Origin: an uncultured archaeon
Lineage (GTDB): Archaea; Asgardarchaeota; Thorarchaeia; Thorarchaeales; Thorarchaeaceae
Direction of reading: 5' to 3'
NCBI GenBank assembly: GCA_964458565.1
Contig: CAYWJO010000015.1
Location: 1 to 64,000, forward strand
DNA length: 64,000 nt
This document shows, one piece after another, positions 37,019 through 47,333 of the stretch. Both the position numbers and the translations under genes were made by a program. The notes beneath the pieces are model-generated. The model was given only the letters and a program-made list of their open reading frames with translations. It was not told the DNA's origin and did not search any database. How positions within the stretch are numbered: position 1 is the stretch's first letter; the number at the start of each line of letters is the position of its first letter.

Positions 37019-37792
37019 GTGAATAGAATGAATTGGATTGCCAAGATTGTAAATGGTAAGCCTGATGAATTCGTGAAAGCAAAATTCATGAAATATGGAA
37101 TTGGTCAACATCTAGGACCTCGCATAGACCTGCGAATCTCAGGAGCAAGATTGAATTTCAAAGTGGATCTTGACCTCGAGAAAATATTCATCCGTGGATA
37201 TGTGCATGGAGCACCAGAAGGAAAACATAAAATCAAAGGACTCCTCGTTTCCTATCAAGATAGAGTTGACGAATTCGATGGTATTGCCATGCCACTCTCT
37301 TGGAAGAAATCAGCAGGAAAGGGTACAAAGGTCTACAAGTGTAAATTGAGTGAAGTGGCCCCTATCGAACACATCCGAGAACTTCTTGAAAAGGATGGTC
37401 CCACAACATTCTTCCTTGTTTCACTTAATCCCACTGTCGGGGCAAAAGACTGGAAAGTAACAACAAAAACATCATTTCCTAAACAAGGACAGGATATAGA
37501 TGAGGAAAAACTTAAGGCACCTACTTTCTGCAAAGGATCATTGGCAAATGAATCAGAAACATATTCCTACATTATTTCTGAGATACTACCAAATTTCAAT
37601 CATGAAATTCCTGATAAAGCGAAGAAAATCGAAATCAAATATATCATTGACATAAAGGATATTGAAATTCCTGAAGACGTGTCTATGTCATTTACAGAGA
37701 AGCGGAAGAATGCTAAGAAAAGAGGCACTCTGACAAGAGTTGTCACGATTGATGATAAGGAATTCACAAGTGAGCATGAATTCATTGTTTAA
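37019..37792 (+). CDS. Basic conserved archaeal hypothetical protein
   Basis: 257-aa Lys-rich soluble ORF with an upstream TTTAAA box. Confidence 0.75.
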   Translation: MNRMNWIAKIVNGKPDEFVKAKFMKYGIGQHLGPRIDLRISGARLNFKVDLDLEKIFIRGYVHGAPEGKHKIKGLLVSYQDRVDEFDGIAMPLSWKKSAGKGTKVYKCKLSEVAPIEHIRELLEKDGPTTFFLVSLNPTVGAKDWKVTTKTSFPKQGQDIDEEKLKAPTFCKGSLANESETYSYIISEILPNFNHEIPDKAKKIEIKYIIDIKDIEIPEDVSMSFTEKRKNAKKRGTLTRVVTIDDKEFTSEHEFIV

Positions 37793-37860
37793 TCATTGTA
37801 CCGTGACCTTTAAATTCACAGACATCTGCGCGGATTCGAGATTTACAAAGAGGTAGAATT

Positions 37861-38064
37861 ATGCTACAGATAATATTCGAATCAACCTACAGCTTGTATT
37901 CAATGGTTTTTATCATACTTGGATTAATGTCATTAGGTTGGCTGGTTGTACATATTGAAGCTGGACGTCATCAATCAAACTTGAAGGTAGCATTTGCATT
38001 GATTCTGGGTGCAATTTTCATCGGATTCGGTATTCACTTCTATCTCTTGTCATCAGGTGTCTAA
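37861..38064 (+). CDS. Small 2-TM membrane protein
   Basis: GAGGT SD; two hydrophobic helices. Confidence 0.7.
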   Translation: MLQIIFESTYSLYSMVFIILGLMSLGWLVVHIEAGRHQSNLKVAFALILGAIFIGFGIHFYLLSSGV

Positions 38065-38181
38065 GTAATCATTGATTACGTGCAAAACTCGAATGCTATT
38101 GACCCACATAACTATTATTTGCTCACTAGGAGAAATACGATATAATTCGATATCAGATTGCACGTATAGAGGAGTTCTCAT

Positions 38182-39360
38182 TTGATTAAGGACCCAGAGC
38201 TTGAAAAACTTGTCATAGAAGGCAAACAAAAAATAGTCCAAGAGTTCGCTGAGAAATTTGCGAATCTTACTGAGAAGGTTCGCCGTGTTCCTCAACGAGA
38301 GATTGACGCGATTGTAGAGAAATTCTCATGTCCTCCTCAAATTGCATCTGTTGCATATGTAATCAATCTTGAAGGTCTGTTGTTCCTGAATGATGCAATA
38401 GATCTTCTTACAGCTGAATTGTATAGAAGGAATGAAGTTCGCGAGGAGATTCCGAATATTCCCGGAAGCATAATGACATTTGCAATAAACGAGGGGCAAT
38501 GGATAGAGTATCTTTATGGAGCCTTTTCACGACATCTAGAACTCAAAACAAGGGAATTAGCGAATCTTGAACAGGCTTTAGAAGAAGAGAACCCATCAGT
38601 TGAAAAAACACTCCCAATATTACAGGAACGTATAAAATTAGCTGAAACGTATATAGCTCCAGCAATAGAAACATGGCTAAAGGAACACGTGAAATCCAAT
38701 GGTGAAGATGCACTCATTACATTTGGACCCGCTCTTACAAAATGGAAAACAAGCTCGGTGAAGGGAAAGATTCCAAATATTCGAAGACGAAATCAAGCTC
38801 TTTTCAGGAAATTCAAAAGTGTGCTCACAGTCGATACAACTGAATCTGCAACAATAGATTTGATAGTAAAGAGGATTGACTTGCTTCTTGAAGACTTGGA
38901 AAATCCAGTTCAAAAAATGAGCGTGAGAGCACTCTCTCATATTCTGCTTCATATTGCACCTAGACTTGCTGGTAGAGGTGATAGGACGAGATATGTTGAT
39001 CACGGTGTTAAATCGACGAGAGGGAATAAAACCGAACCTGATATGTCATCTCCCTTTGATTTTCTTGAGAGAGATGTCAGATTAGGAAAGAGGAGAAGTG
39101 GCAAAGAGAGAGATATGTACCTGACCGAGAGAATAGGACGAGTCTTTCGTGTACTTAGATATCAAGGATTTACACAAATAGAGAGCATCGACCAGTGTAC
39201 GAAAGAAATTGAAGACAGACTTCATCTTGAAGACATACCTACTGAGGAGTTCATTGAAAAAATCAAATTTGAGATAGTAGAAATACCAAATGATGAACGT
39301 GATTCATACTCAATACAACGCATATACGATTATGTAGTAAAATATGCGTATGGTGAGTAA
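38182..39360 (+). CDS. All-helical hypothetical protein
   Basis: 392-aa ORF with a GAGGAG SD, adjoining the next gene. Confidence 0.8.
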   Translation: MIKDPELEKLVIEGKQKIVQEFAEKFANLTEKVRRVPQREIDAIVEKFSCPPQIASVAYVINLEGLLFLNDAIDLLTAELYRRNEVREEIPNIPGSIMTFAINEGQWIEYLYGAFSRHLELKTRELANLEQALEEENPSVEKTLPILQERIKLAETYIAPAIETWLKEHVKSNGEDALITFGPALTKWKTSSVKGKIPNIRRRNQALFRKFKSVLTVDTTESATIDLIVKRIDLLLEDLENPVQKMSVRALSHILLHIAPRLAGRGDRTRYVDHGVKSTRGNKTEPDMSSPFDFLERDVRLGKRRSGKERDMYLTERIGRVFRVLRYQGFTQIESIDQCTKEIEDRLHLEDIPTEEFIEKIKFEIVEIPNDERDSYSIQRIYDYVVKYAYGE

Positions 39361-39361
39361 G

Positions 39362-40132
39362 ATGGCAGAACAAACTCCACTTTACTGGCTATTGGATATT
39401 GAAGCATATGATTTTGACATTGGTGTGTTGAAAGATGCAGACTTAACAGGAAAAGCACTGATTGCATCAAGACAATTGTGGTCCATTGTACGTGGTTCTG
39501 AGGTCATTTCGGTTCTTATTGGACCAGGAGTTTTCAAAGGTACTGCTGAGGCGGGGAATAGAAGAGCAAATGTCTTGGAAAAAATTAGTGCCTTAATGTT
39601 TAATCCATCGGATATGAGGTGTGATGAACCTCTACCTGTTGTTGATATTATCAATCCTGAAGTCATTGATCCCTTAGGTGTGAGAAAGCAAGAAGAAATA
39701 GTCACATTAATTCGTAACTTGGTAATTGAGAAAGGAAATATTCTTGCTCAAGATCGTTTGGTTAGTGTACGAGGTGAAATAGGACCACCAAAAATTGCTT
39801 ATTATGAGGAATTACTAAAAAAAATCAATGTTGCTCATGTGTCAGGTGTTCAACGAGCAAGATTCATTCTCGGAGGCACAAATAGTCCCCTTTATCGACC
39901 CTATGTAGAATGGTTCAATAATAGAAAGCTCATGCGAGCAGACCAATGTAAAGTCCTTGCGTCTCATATGAATAGATTTGGCAATTTCAATAATGAAGAG
40001 ATAATGGCTGATTGGATGATTGTTGAAAAAGCTGGTTTGGATGAATCAACCGGAATAATGGCATTCCAGAAAGAATATGAAAAGACATTTGATATCATCT
40101 ATAGTAACTCCGAGAAATTCATTTTCAAATAG
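39362..40132 (+). CDS. Hypothetical protein, possibly divergent PIN-domain nuclease
   Basis: YWLLDIE, VLIGPGVF, ADQCKVLA and IMADW occur in PIN-like order. GGTGA SD before ATG 39362. Confidence 0.55.
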   Translation: MAEQTPLYWLLDIEAYDFDIGVLKDADLTGKALIASRQLWSIVRGSEVISVLIGPGVFKGTAEAGNRRANVLEKISALMFNPSDMRCDEPLPVVDIINPEVIDPLGVRKQEEIVTLIRNLVIEKGNILAQDRLVSVRGEIGPPKIAYYEELLKKINVAHVSGVQRARFILGGTNSPLYRPYVEWFNNRKLMRADQCKVLASHMNRFGNFNNEEIMADWMIVEKAGLDESTGIMAFQKEYEKTFDIIYSNSEKFIFK

Positions 40133-40182
40133 GATTGACCAAAACAGTTTTGCAGAGATGACAATTCACGTTTAACTGGTAA

Positions 40183-42828
40183 ATGCAATTGGAAGTAGTA
40201 GATGCAGACATTCAAAGGATACTCAGGAAACCTTACACTGTAGTATTAAGAGCAACAAAACAAGAAATGACTACTCGAGTAGAAATCTATTCTGATGTAT
40301 TAAGAGATAGACAACGTGCTAAGATAGCAGGATTGGTTGAATACGGATATAAGACGTCAGGTCTACTAGAGCTAAGAAGAGCATGGTTTGTGAAATATAA
40401 CAAACCAATCTATTACCAACCAAAGGAATTTCATGAAATACTCAGAAAGGCAATCAACATACTAATTCCACGTAAACAAAAACCTGAGTTCATTTCCGAA
40501 TTAAAAGATTTACTTCAAAGAATACAAACACCTGAACCAAGAATTATACCATTCTGTGAACACTGTTTAAGAGAAGATCGGATGACGGTATTATCCCGAC
40601 GTAATGCAGTCAAAACATCTGAAACCCAAGTTGCGTGTTTGAGCTGTGCTCAAAAAGATCTTCGGGTTGACCTAAAAAGCATGGGTATCAAGCTTTCAAA
40701 AGCGATGATAATTCAACTGGAGAAACAACTAGCCAGACTAAGATCCATCCCACGGCTCCTTGAAATACTATCACCTAATTTTGATCCAACTCGAGAACCA
40801 GAACTCACTCTCTTTGATACCATTGTTGCAGAACAAGTTCAAGGAGTATCCAAATTTACAGACCTTGAAATTCCAGAGAATATCAAGGATATTCTGCTAA
40901 CTGATAATCTAATCACCCTCTTACCAATCCAAAAACTTGTTACAGATGCAGGCCTTCTAAGGGATGAAAACTTACTTGTGATATCCTCAACATCATCAGG
41001 AAAGACTCTGATTGCAGAGCTTGCTGGTATTCCAAAAGCCATGCAAGGGAAAAAGATGATCTATCTTTCGCCGCTTGTGGCATTGACTAATGAGAAATAT
41101 GAGGTTTTTAAAAAGAGATACAAGAAGTTAGGCATACGTGTTGGGATTCGAGTTGGAATGTCCAGATTAGATGTTGGTAAAGATGGTAAAGTTATTGTCG
41201 ACACAGAAGTCGAGAAAGCAGATGTAATCTGTGCAACCTACGAGGCATTAGATTTTCTGCTTCGGTCTGGAGATGTAAAGAAGCTTGGTGACATAGGTAC
41301 TATTGTTGTGGACGAAATTCAGAATCTAGCTGAACCTGAACGTGGACCAGAGCTAGACGGGCTTCTAACTAGATTACGGTTTCACGCACCTAATGCACAG
41401 GTGATTGCGCTCTCAGCGACTGTGGGATCTCCTGGAGATTTAGCAAAAGACCTTGGTTTAAAGCTGATAGAATATGTTGGTAGACCTATACCTCTTGAGC
41501 GGCATCTTGTATTTGCGCGAAATGATGATGAGAAGCGATTAATGATACGACGTCTTGCAAGACAAGAATTTAGGATGAAAAGTAGTTATGGCAATAAGGG
41601 GCAGTCAATTATATTCACCTACTCACGACGCCGAGCACAAGGAATTAGTGATTGGTTAGAAGAGCATGGTGTATCTTCAGCAGTGTATCATGGAGGTTTA
41701 TCGTATGGACAAAGAAGGGCCATAGAAAGAGCCTATTCTAAGCAACGATTCGCCTGTGTTGTTACTACGGCAGCATTAGGGGCAGGAGTAGATCTTCCAG
41801 CATCACAAGTAATTTTTGAATCATTAGCTATGGGAGCGGAATGGTTGTCGACTGCAGAATTCGAACAAATGCTGGGGAGAGCCGGACGGTTAGGAAAACA
41901 TGACAAAGGTAAGGTATACCTAATTGTTCAGCCAGAAAGAAAGTATCATGGGGGCCAAGAAAAAACAGAAGATGAAATTGCGGCAGAACTGCTTGCTGGT
42001 GTAATTGAAGATGTAGAACCTTTTGCAGATGCTGAAACTTCAGCAGAGCAAATCCTTGCTTCAGTATGCTCAACTGGGCTTGTTGATTTGAAATCCATAG
42101 CTAGGATGTATAACAGGATGCTATCAATTTCAGTTCCACCATCGGATGCGTTGAAACTTCTAGTGAAAACCCATATGATTAGAGTAAAGGAAGGTGGAGC
42201 TCACCCAACAGAATTAGGTAAGGCAACTTCACTATCATTTTTGAAACCTAGGGAAGGTTTGATGGTTGAGAAGCTTGCGAGGAAGATGAATGTTCTTGAC
42301 ATAGCGATAAAACTTGAACCATTTGAAAGTGTCTACTTCAGTTCAAAACTTCAAGCAGAAATCAATTCGGCTTTTAAAACGTTCATGCCAACTAGGCTTT
42401 TCTCCGGCATCTTCAACGACCTAACTGATGTAAGCCGACCAAATACTGGAGCTACCAGATTACCCAAATGGGTCTTTGAATTATTTGGTAAATGGACAAG
42501 AGAGTTCTTCAATTGTGGATGCCGGGATTATCCTGAGTGCGACCATGGCTTGGTTTCGTTGGGTAGATGGATTGTGAATACAAGAAAGGAAGGTTTCAAT
42601 CCCACAGGCATTTCAGCTAAATTACATGATAAATTCGAATTATGGGCATATCCGGGCGATATCCTTTCCTGGTTAGACACATTGATACATAATTTGCAGG
42701 CAGTCAAGAGAATTGCAGCTGTAGCAGGAAAAACTGACTTGAATGTTGAGATAGAGGGGCAAATCGAGAGAATCGAAACGCCCCTCAAGTTCAACTCGGA
42801 AAGTGAAGAGGAGAAGGATAAAGATTAA
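40183..42828 (+). CDS. Archaeal Ski2-like DEAD/DEAH helicase (ASH-Ski2 / DUF5814 type)
   Basis: TSSGKT, DEIQ, LSAT, YHGGL, TAALGAGVD, QMLGRAGR, N-terminal CxxC...CxxC and C-terminal CGCRDYPEC. Confidence 0.92.
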   Translation: MQLEVVDADIQRILRKPYTVVLRATKQEMTTRVEIYSDVLRDRQRAKIAGLVEYGYKTSGLLELRRAWFVKYNKPIYYQPKEFHEILRKAINILIPRKQKPEFISELKDLLQRIQTPEPRIIPFCEHCLREDRMTVLSRRNAVKTSETQVACLSCAQKDLRVDLKSMGIKLSKAMIIQLEKQLARLRSIPRLLEILSPNFDPTREPELTLFDTIVAEQVQGVSKFTDLEIPENIKDILLTDNLITLLPIQKLVTDAGLLRDENLLVISSTSSGKTLIAELAGIPKAMQGKKMIYLSPLVALTNEKYEVFKKRYKKLGIRVGIRVGMSRLDVGKDGKVIVDTEVEKADVICATYEALDFLLRSGDVKKLGDIGTIVVDEIQNLAEPERGPELDGLLTRLRFHAPNAQVIALSATVGSPGDLAKDLGLKLIEYVGRPIPLERHLVFARNDDEKRLMIRRLARQEFRMKSSYGNKGQSIIFTYSRRRAQGISDWLEEHGVSSAVYHGGLSYGQRRAIERAYSKQRFACVVTTAALGAGVDLPASQVIFESLAMGAEWLSTAEFEQMLGRAGRLGKHDKGKVYLIVQPERKYHGGQEKTEDEIAAELLAGVIEDVEPFADAETSAEQILASVCSTGLVDLKSIARMYNRMLSISVPPSDALKLLVKTHMIRVKEGGAHPTELGKATSLSFLKPREGLMVEKLARKMNVLDIAIKLEPFESVYFSSKLQAEINSAFKTFMPTRLFSGIFNDLTDVSRPNTGATRLPKWVFELFGKWTREFFNCGCRDYPECDHGLVSLGRWIVNTRKEGFNPTGISAKLHDKFELWAYPGDILSWLDTLIHNLQAVKRIAAVAGKTDLNVEIEGQIERIETPLKFNSESEEEKDKD

Positions 42829-43082
42829 TTCAACTCAAATGAAAGACGCAAATTGGGGAGATCTTTCGCTTCAACTGAATCCAGATTGAGATCAAGCCAT
42901 CTATGTAATTCTCTTCTTAGTTGTTCCTTTTCAGATACTTCTGTAACTAATGGTTTCGTATCTTGAGATATCAAATGGAATCGTGTAGAACCGCATTTGC
43001 AGGCCCGATTAAGGACCATATCAAGATCAGGTGAAGTTTCTCCACAGTCACGACATTGGAAAAGCATTATTAATCTCCACAA
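42825..43082 (-). CDS. Small Zn-ribbon protein (OapC/DUF2072-like)
   Basis: QCRDCG...CKCGSTRF. Confidence 0.65.
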   Translation of the reverse strand: MWRLIMLFQCRDCGETSPDLDMVLNRACKCGSTRFHLISQDTKPLVTEVSEKEQLRRELHRWLDLNLDSVEAKDLPNLRLSFELN

Positions 43083-43198
43083 AGAGTAGATTCTATTTGT
43101 CTATAGTACTTGGTACTGCGTGAGTAATACTAAGCAGATATACAACTGCAACAAATTTATCTATCACGCATTTTGACACAGATTTGTGGTGACATGAT

Positions 43199-43462
43199 TT
43201 GGTACGTTCCTGCACAATATGCAGAGAGAAATCAAAGCTACGTTGTGATAAGTGCAGAAATGATTATTGCCCAGATCATGCAATAAAATGCCAATCTTGT
43301 GGAACAATTACTTGTCTGAGGGATTTGGGGAAGCATACAATCTGTCCGGTTTGTCAAGGAAATCTTAGAATCTGTCCAGAATGTATCTTAGATGGAAGAT
43401 TAGTTAGAATACTGAATGCAATCAACCAATGTCCTGAATGTGGTTGGAATTACCAAGGTTAA
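43199..43462 (+). CDS. Small multi-Zn-finger protein
   Basis: 14 Cys in 87 aa, mostly CxxC pairs; GGTGA SD. Confidence 0.8.
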   Translation: MVRSCTICREKSKLRCDKCRNDYCPDHAIKCQSCGTITCLRDLGKHTICPVCQGNLRICPECILDGRLVRILNAINQCPECGWNYQG

Positions 43463-43722
43463 AAAAAGAGTAAAATGAAAATTACTACGAATATTCCAAT
43501 AAGGCAAAGAGCTATCTGGGTTTGTTTTGACGCACCATATAAAATTGGTATAGGCCCGATGAGAATGAAACCTTTTGTTTCTTTTTTTGTTTCATACATA
43601 TCTGATTTTCTAGATGAGAGAAAGAACCCGATAAGAATCATCATAACTCCGATAACCAGAATGGTTATTCCGAGGACTTGAAGAAAATCAAAAAACTGCA
43701 TATTATACGCACCAACATTCAA
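43459..43722 (-). CDS. DUF131 / TIGR00304 family membrane protein
   Basis: GFILIGPIPILYG signature flanked by TM helices. Confidence 0.85.
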   Translation of the reverse strand: MNVGAYNMQFFDFLQVLGITILVIGVMMILIGFFLSSRKSDMYETKKETKGFILIGPIPILYGASKQTQIALCLIGIFVVIFILLFF

Positions 43723-44255
43723 TCAGGAATAATAAAGCTCAACCGCTCATAGCCGCCCACCGTTTCTCCTTCGTAAGCCCAAAGAGAGAGGATATCATCA
43801 TAGATTTCAAATTCCATAACTGTTTCTACTTCTTCAATCTCAGTTCCCGTAGGAAATTTCCATAGTATCTCAAAATCATAAGGCGCATCTTCTTCCTCTA
43901 ACCAGGTTTGAATCATGTTCAAACCTTGAATAAAATCTCCCGAGAAATCTATTAGGTAGATGACAGAAACAACATCAGAAGGTCCTTTCAAGTAGATATC
44001 ACAATAACTGACATAAGATCTTACACGTTTCTCATTGATCTCAACTCGTTCTTTGTCTAAGAAATACTGCATATTTGCAGCAAGTTTTTCAATCTCATGG
44101 CGAAATAGGTCATCATCACGAAGCACCCTCTTATAATACCCATCAGGGTCTTGGTACTCAAAAGATAGTCGTTCATGAATCGCTCCATACTTCGATACTG
44201 AGAAGAAAGAATCAGCGTGAATTGGTTCAACAAAATCTTCCAGGAATAGAGACAA
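43719..44255 (-). CDS. Acidic archaeal hypothetical protein
   Basis: 178-aa ORF in an operon with the beta-CASP gene; GGAGG SD. Confidence 0.75.
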   Translation of the reverse strand: MSLFLEDFVEPIHADSFFSVSKYGAIHERLSFEYQDPDGYYKRVLRDDDLFRHEIEKLAANMQYFLDKERVEINEKRVRSYVSYCDIYLKGPSDVVSVIYLIDFSGDFIQGLNMIQTWLEEEDAPYDFEILWKFPTGTEIEEVETVMEFEIYDDILSLWAYEGETVGGYERLSFIIPD

Positions 44256-44269
44256 TATGATTCCTCCGT

Positions 44270-45274
44270 TTATTCCAGTGGGACAGCATTAACTCCAGTC
44301 CCCATTAAATATCCTGAAAAAGTCATTGCATTGTCTGTAAAGCAATACACAATTTTCGGATTCACTCCAGTCACAAAGCTTGCTAGACCAGGAAAATCAG
44401 AATGCGCACTGAGGGGATGTCCACGCCGGCTGTATTTTCCAAGAGTCCATCCGGATAATGAATACTCTTCTAGGCGAGATTCAATAGAATAAGCAGATTT
44501 GATTCCCAATAACTTTCTGAGATTCATTTTAGTATGCTTTGCAGATGAACTGACTATTACACATTTTTGGGACAAAGACTCGTAGGCTTTTTTTGACATA
44601 ACGCCTATTGAATTCAGTTCTACACCATATTTTTCATAAACCCTAGAAACAGTATCAATAACATGATTGCCTGAGATGACATCGAAACCTGAATCCTGCA
44701 GCAAACGGATTACTTCCTGTGCTTTTCCTAACGAATAAGCTTTGAAGAGAGGAATTTTCCCGCGTTCACATTCCACAATCGCGGATTTGATTATATTAGC
44801 ATGAGTTTCATTCCTTGGAGGAAAAACCCAGTCGGGAGTTCCATATGTAGTTTCCATGATTAAGACATCTGCCGCGATAGGAATGGCTGCCGAATGAACA
44901 AGACTGTCAACAACATTGAAGTCCCCTGTGTAGAGTAAACGCATTCCATCGTTGAATTCTAAATGAAACATTGCAGAACCTATTACATGACCCGCATTGT
45001 ATGGTACTACCTTTACATTCCTTACACTGAACGGTATTTGGTAAGTAACAATTTCTCGGGCTTTCAATGTAAGGTTAGTTCTAGCATCAATAGTATCAAA
45101 TGTAGGTGCAGTAGAAAAAACACACGCTGCACTAGATAAACCACTCAAATGATCTGCATGGGCATGAGAAAGGAGTGTTGGTTCATTTGGGATACCAGTA
45201 TCCAAAGCAATCCGATCACCATTATATTCGATTATGATTCCAGACAGATGCTTTTTCACGGATAGCTCTGGCAT
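44270..45274 (-). CDS. Metallo-beta-lactamase / beta-CASP nuclease
   Basis: LDTG, SHAHADH, AGHVIGS, YTGDF, METTYG, AYSLGKAQE, LSAHSDF. Confidence 0.9.
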   Translation of the reverse strand: MPELSVKKHLSGIIIEYNGDRIALDTGIPNEPTLLSHAHADHLSGLSSAACVFSTAPTFDTIDARTNLTLKAREIVTYQIPFSVRNVKVVPYNAGHVIGSAMFHLEFNDGMRLLYTGDFNVVDSLVHSAAIPIAADVLIMETTYGTPDWVFPPRNETHANIIKSAIVECERGKIPLFKAYSLGKAQEVIRLLQDSGFDVISGNHVIDTVSRVYEKYGVELNSIGVMSKKAYESLSQKCVIVSSSAKHTKMNLRKLLGIKSAYSIESRLEEYSLSGWTLGKYSRRGHPLSAHSDFPGLASFVTGVNPKIVYCFTDNAMTFSGYLMGTGVNAVPLE

Positions 45275-45333
45275 AAGATTTTCAACTCAATAACTTTCAA
45301 GAATAACAAAAGGGTTTCCGTGTGACTTGATTG

Positions 45334-46227
45334 CTAATACATTCGGCTTAATACAATCATTTCACTTTCACTCTGTTTTTCCGAGATATATGTTGAATGG
45401 ACTAGATTGCATTGATTTTCACTTAGAAAGGAAAAACAAATTTTTGACGAATTAATTGGAATCTGGCTTAATAGAGTTTCTATCACAAACGAATCATCGA
45501 TTGTAACAGAATCAGAAACGATGGGTCCGATTACAGCGGTGTCTTTGTAATGCTGAATAGTAGTAGCAAAAACAGGTGTTTCATTTATCGAAAAAGTATG
45601 GAGATGATTGAGCGTATTCCCATATTCCAGAATCATTGATGGTGGCGACAAATCATAGTCGAGCTCTTTCCGTTTTTCCCAAAGCGTCTTTCGAACCCAT
45701 GAAACATCTGAGCCCCTTTGGTATATAAGAGGTGTTGATTTTCCTATTCTACGCTCAAGTCCGTATGTTTCTTGGTAGTATTGTTTGCCTTCGGTAAAAC
45801 CATTCTTCAACAGAATTTCCTTCATCCAATTATTAAGAACAGGGTTATGATGGAATGGTAACGAGAATCTCGGATTTTGATTAAAGACAAGTGTATCCAC
45901 TTGGCGTATTGCTAAGGATTTGAACCATGGTAAAGAGGATTTTACTAATTGAGTGAGTGCCTTAGGTCTGACCTCAGGTTGCATCCACACGTCTGCAAGG
46001 GTTAGACTCAACCTAGGTTTATCTCGCCATAACCATGTCCCACCCACAATCTTGTCTTCAATTGATGCAATATAGATAATGGAAGTCTCAAGGTTTGCAA
46101 GATTTCTAGCATCATCCATTAAATCAGCTTCAATGATAGTCCCAGAATACGCTAATTCGATCCACTCTTTTAATTCAGTATGACCGAGTCTTCTACATAT
46201 CATAGATCCTGAACTCACGATGTACAC
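45334..46227 (-). CDS. Hypothetical protein, degenerate tandem GNAT-like
   Basis: IYIASIEDKIVGG...LADVWMQPEVR and LLKNGF resemble GNAT motifs. Confidence 0.5.
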   Translation of the reverse strand: MYIVSSGSMICRRLGHTELKEWIELAYSGTIIEADLMDDARNLANLETSIIYIASIEDKIVGGTWLWRDKPRLSLTLADVWMQPEVRPKALTQLVKSSLPWFKSLAIRQVDTLVFNQNPRFSLPFHHNPVLNNWMKEILLKNGFTEGKQYYQETYGLERRIGKSTPLIYQRGSDVSWVRKTLWEKRKELDYDLSPPSMILEYGNTLNHLHTFSINETPVFATTIQHYKDTAVIGPIVSDSVTIDDSFVIETLLSQIPINSSKICFSFLSENQCNLVHSTYISEKQSESEMIVLSRMY

Positions 46228-46333
46228 TCACTGATTGAGTTTAGTCGAACTAAATAAATCGAGCTGTATATGAATCCTATCGAAGGATTTATGATGGTTC
46301 AAACTGATAATCCTGTGAAATAGGGTATGTGAA

Positions 46334-47323
46334 ATGGAATCCTTAGTTCTAACACGCGATGGTCTGCAAATCGCAGACACACCAAAACCACCTCTAATGC
46401 CAGGATATGTGCAAATAGAAGTACGTTCAGTTGGAATTAGTGAAAGGGATATTTCTATTTGGAACGGAGATTATGAAGTGGAGTTACCAGTAATTCTTGG
46501 ATACGAATTCACGGGTGTAATCCATGAGAGCTCAGTTCAAGACATTCAGCCTGGAACGATGGTGACTTCGGAGATTGATGTGGGATGTCAGAGATGTTGG
46601 TATTGTAGAAGTGGCCAACAATATTTTTGTAACTCCAAAAAAACATTAGGGAAATCCCGTGATGGCGCTTTAGCGGAATACATCGCTGTACCTGCAGACA
46701 TTATTCACACACTTCCAGTGGAAGTCAACAGCATTATTGGGACATTTCTTCATCCCCTTGCGTCAGCACTCAAAATAGTGACTGATGTACCCCCAAAGGC
46801 CAATGAACCTGTATTAATCATGGGTAGTGGTGAGATGGGAGTACTTACAGCCCAAGTTTATGATGCGTTTGGTGCTGATGTATATCTAGCAGGGGATAAT
46901 AGATGGAAATTAGGTGTTGCACGCCAATTAGGTATGACAAATACATTGAACTGGTCTAATAAGGATTGGAAACAGACTCTTCTCGAAAGGACGGAGGGAA
47001 TAGGGCCACGGATCGTAATTGATACCAAAAGTGAAATGGAATCAATAACTAGTGCGGTTGATCTAATCCAGAGTAATGGAATTCTTGTTCTATCCAATAT
47101 TCCCAGTAAGGATGGACTAGTATCATCATCAAAAATCGTCGATAAGGGAATCAAGGTTATTGGCAACAACCAAGGACGATATCGAGATGCTACTGATATG
47201 CTTGCGAAGAGAAGGATAGAGGTTGAGCGGCTGGTCAATAAGGAATTCAAATTGGAAGAAGGTGACAAAGCATTTGAACATGCCTCTGACCCTTCAGTTA
47301 CAAAAGTAATCATCAATATTTGA
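46334..47323 (+). CDS. Medium-chain dehydrogenase/reductase homologue lacking catalytic Zn ligands
   Basis: GroES-like plus Rossmann (GSGEMG) domains and structural Zn CxxCxxC...C. GICxxD is GISERD and GHE is GYE. Confidence 0.85.
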   Translation: MESLVLTRDGLQIADTPKPPLMPGYVQIEVRSVGISERDISIWNGDYEVELPVILGYEFTGVIHESSVQDIQPGTMVTSEIDVGCQRCWYCRSGQQYFCNSKKTLGKSRDGALAEYIAVPADIIHTLPVEVNSIIGTFLHPLASALKIVTDVPPKANEPVLIMGSGEMGVLTAQVYDAFGADVYLAGDNRWKLGVARQLGMTNTLNWSNKDWKQTLLERTEGIGPRIVIDTKSEMESITSAVDLIQSNGILVLSNIPSKDGLVSSSKIVDKGIKVIGNNQGRYRDATDMLAKRRIEVERLVNKEFKLEEGDKAFEHASDPSVTKVIINI

Positions 47324-47333
47324 GGATTCCAAA

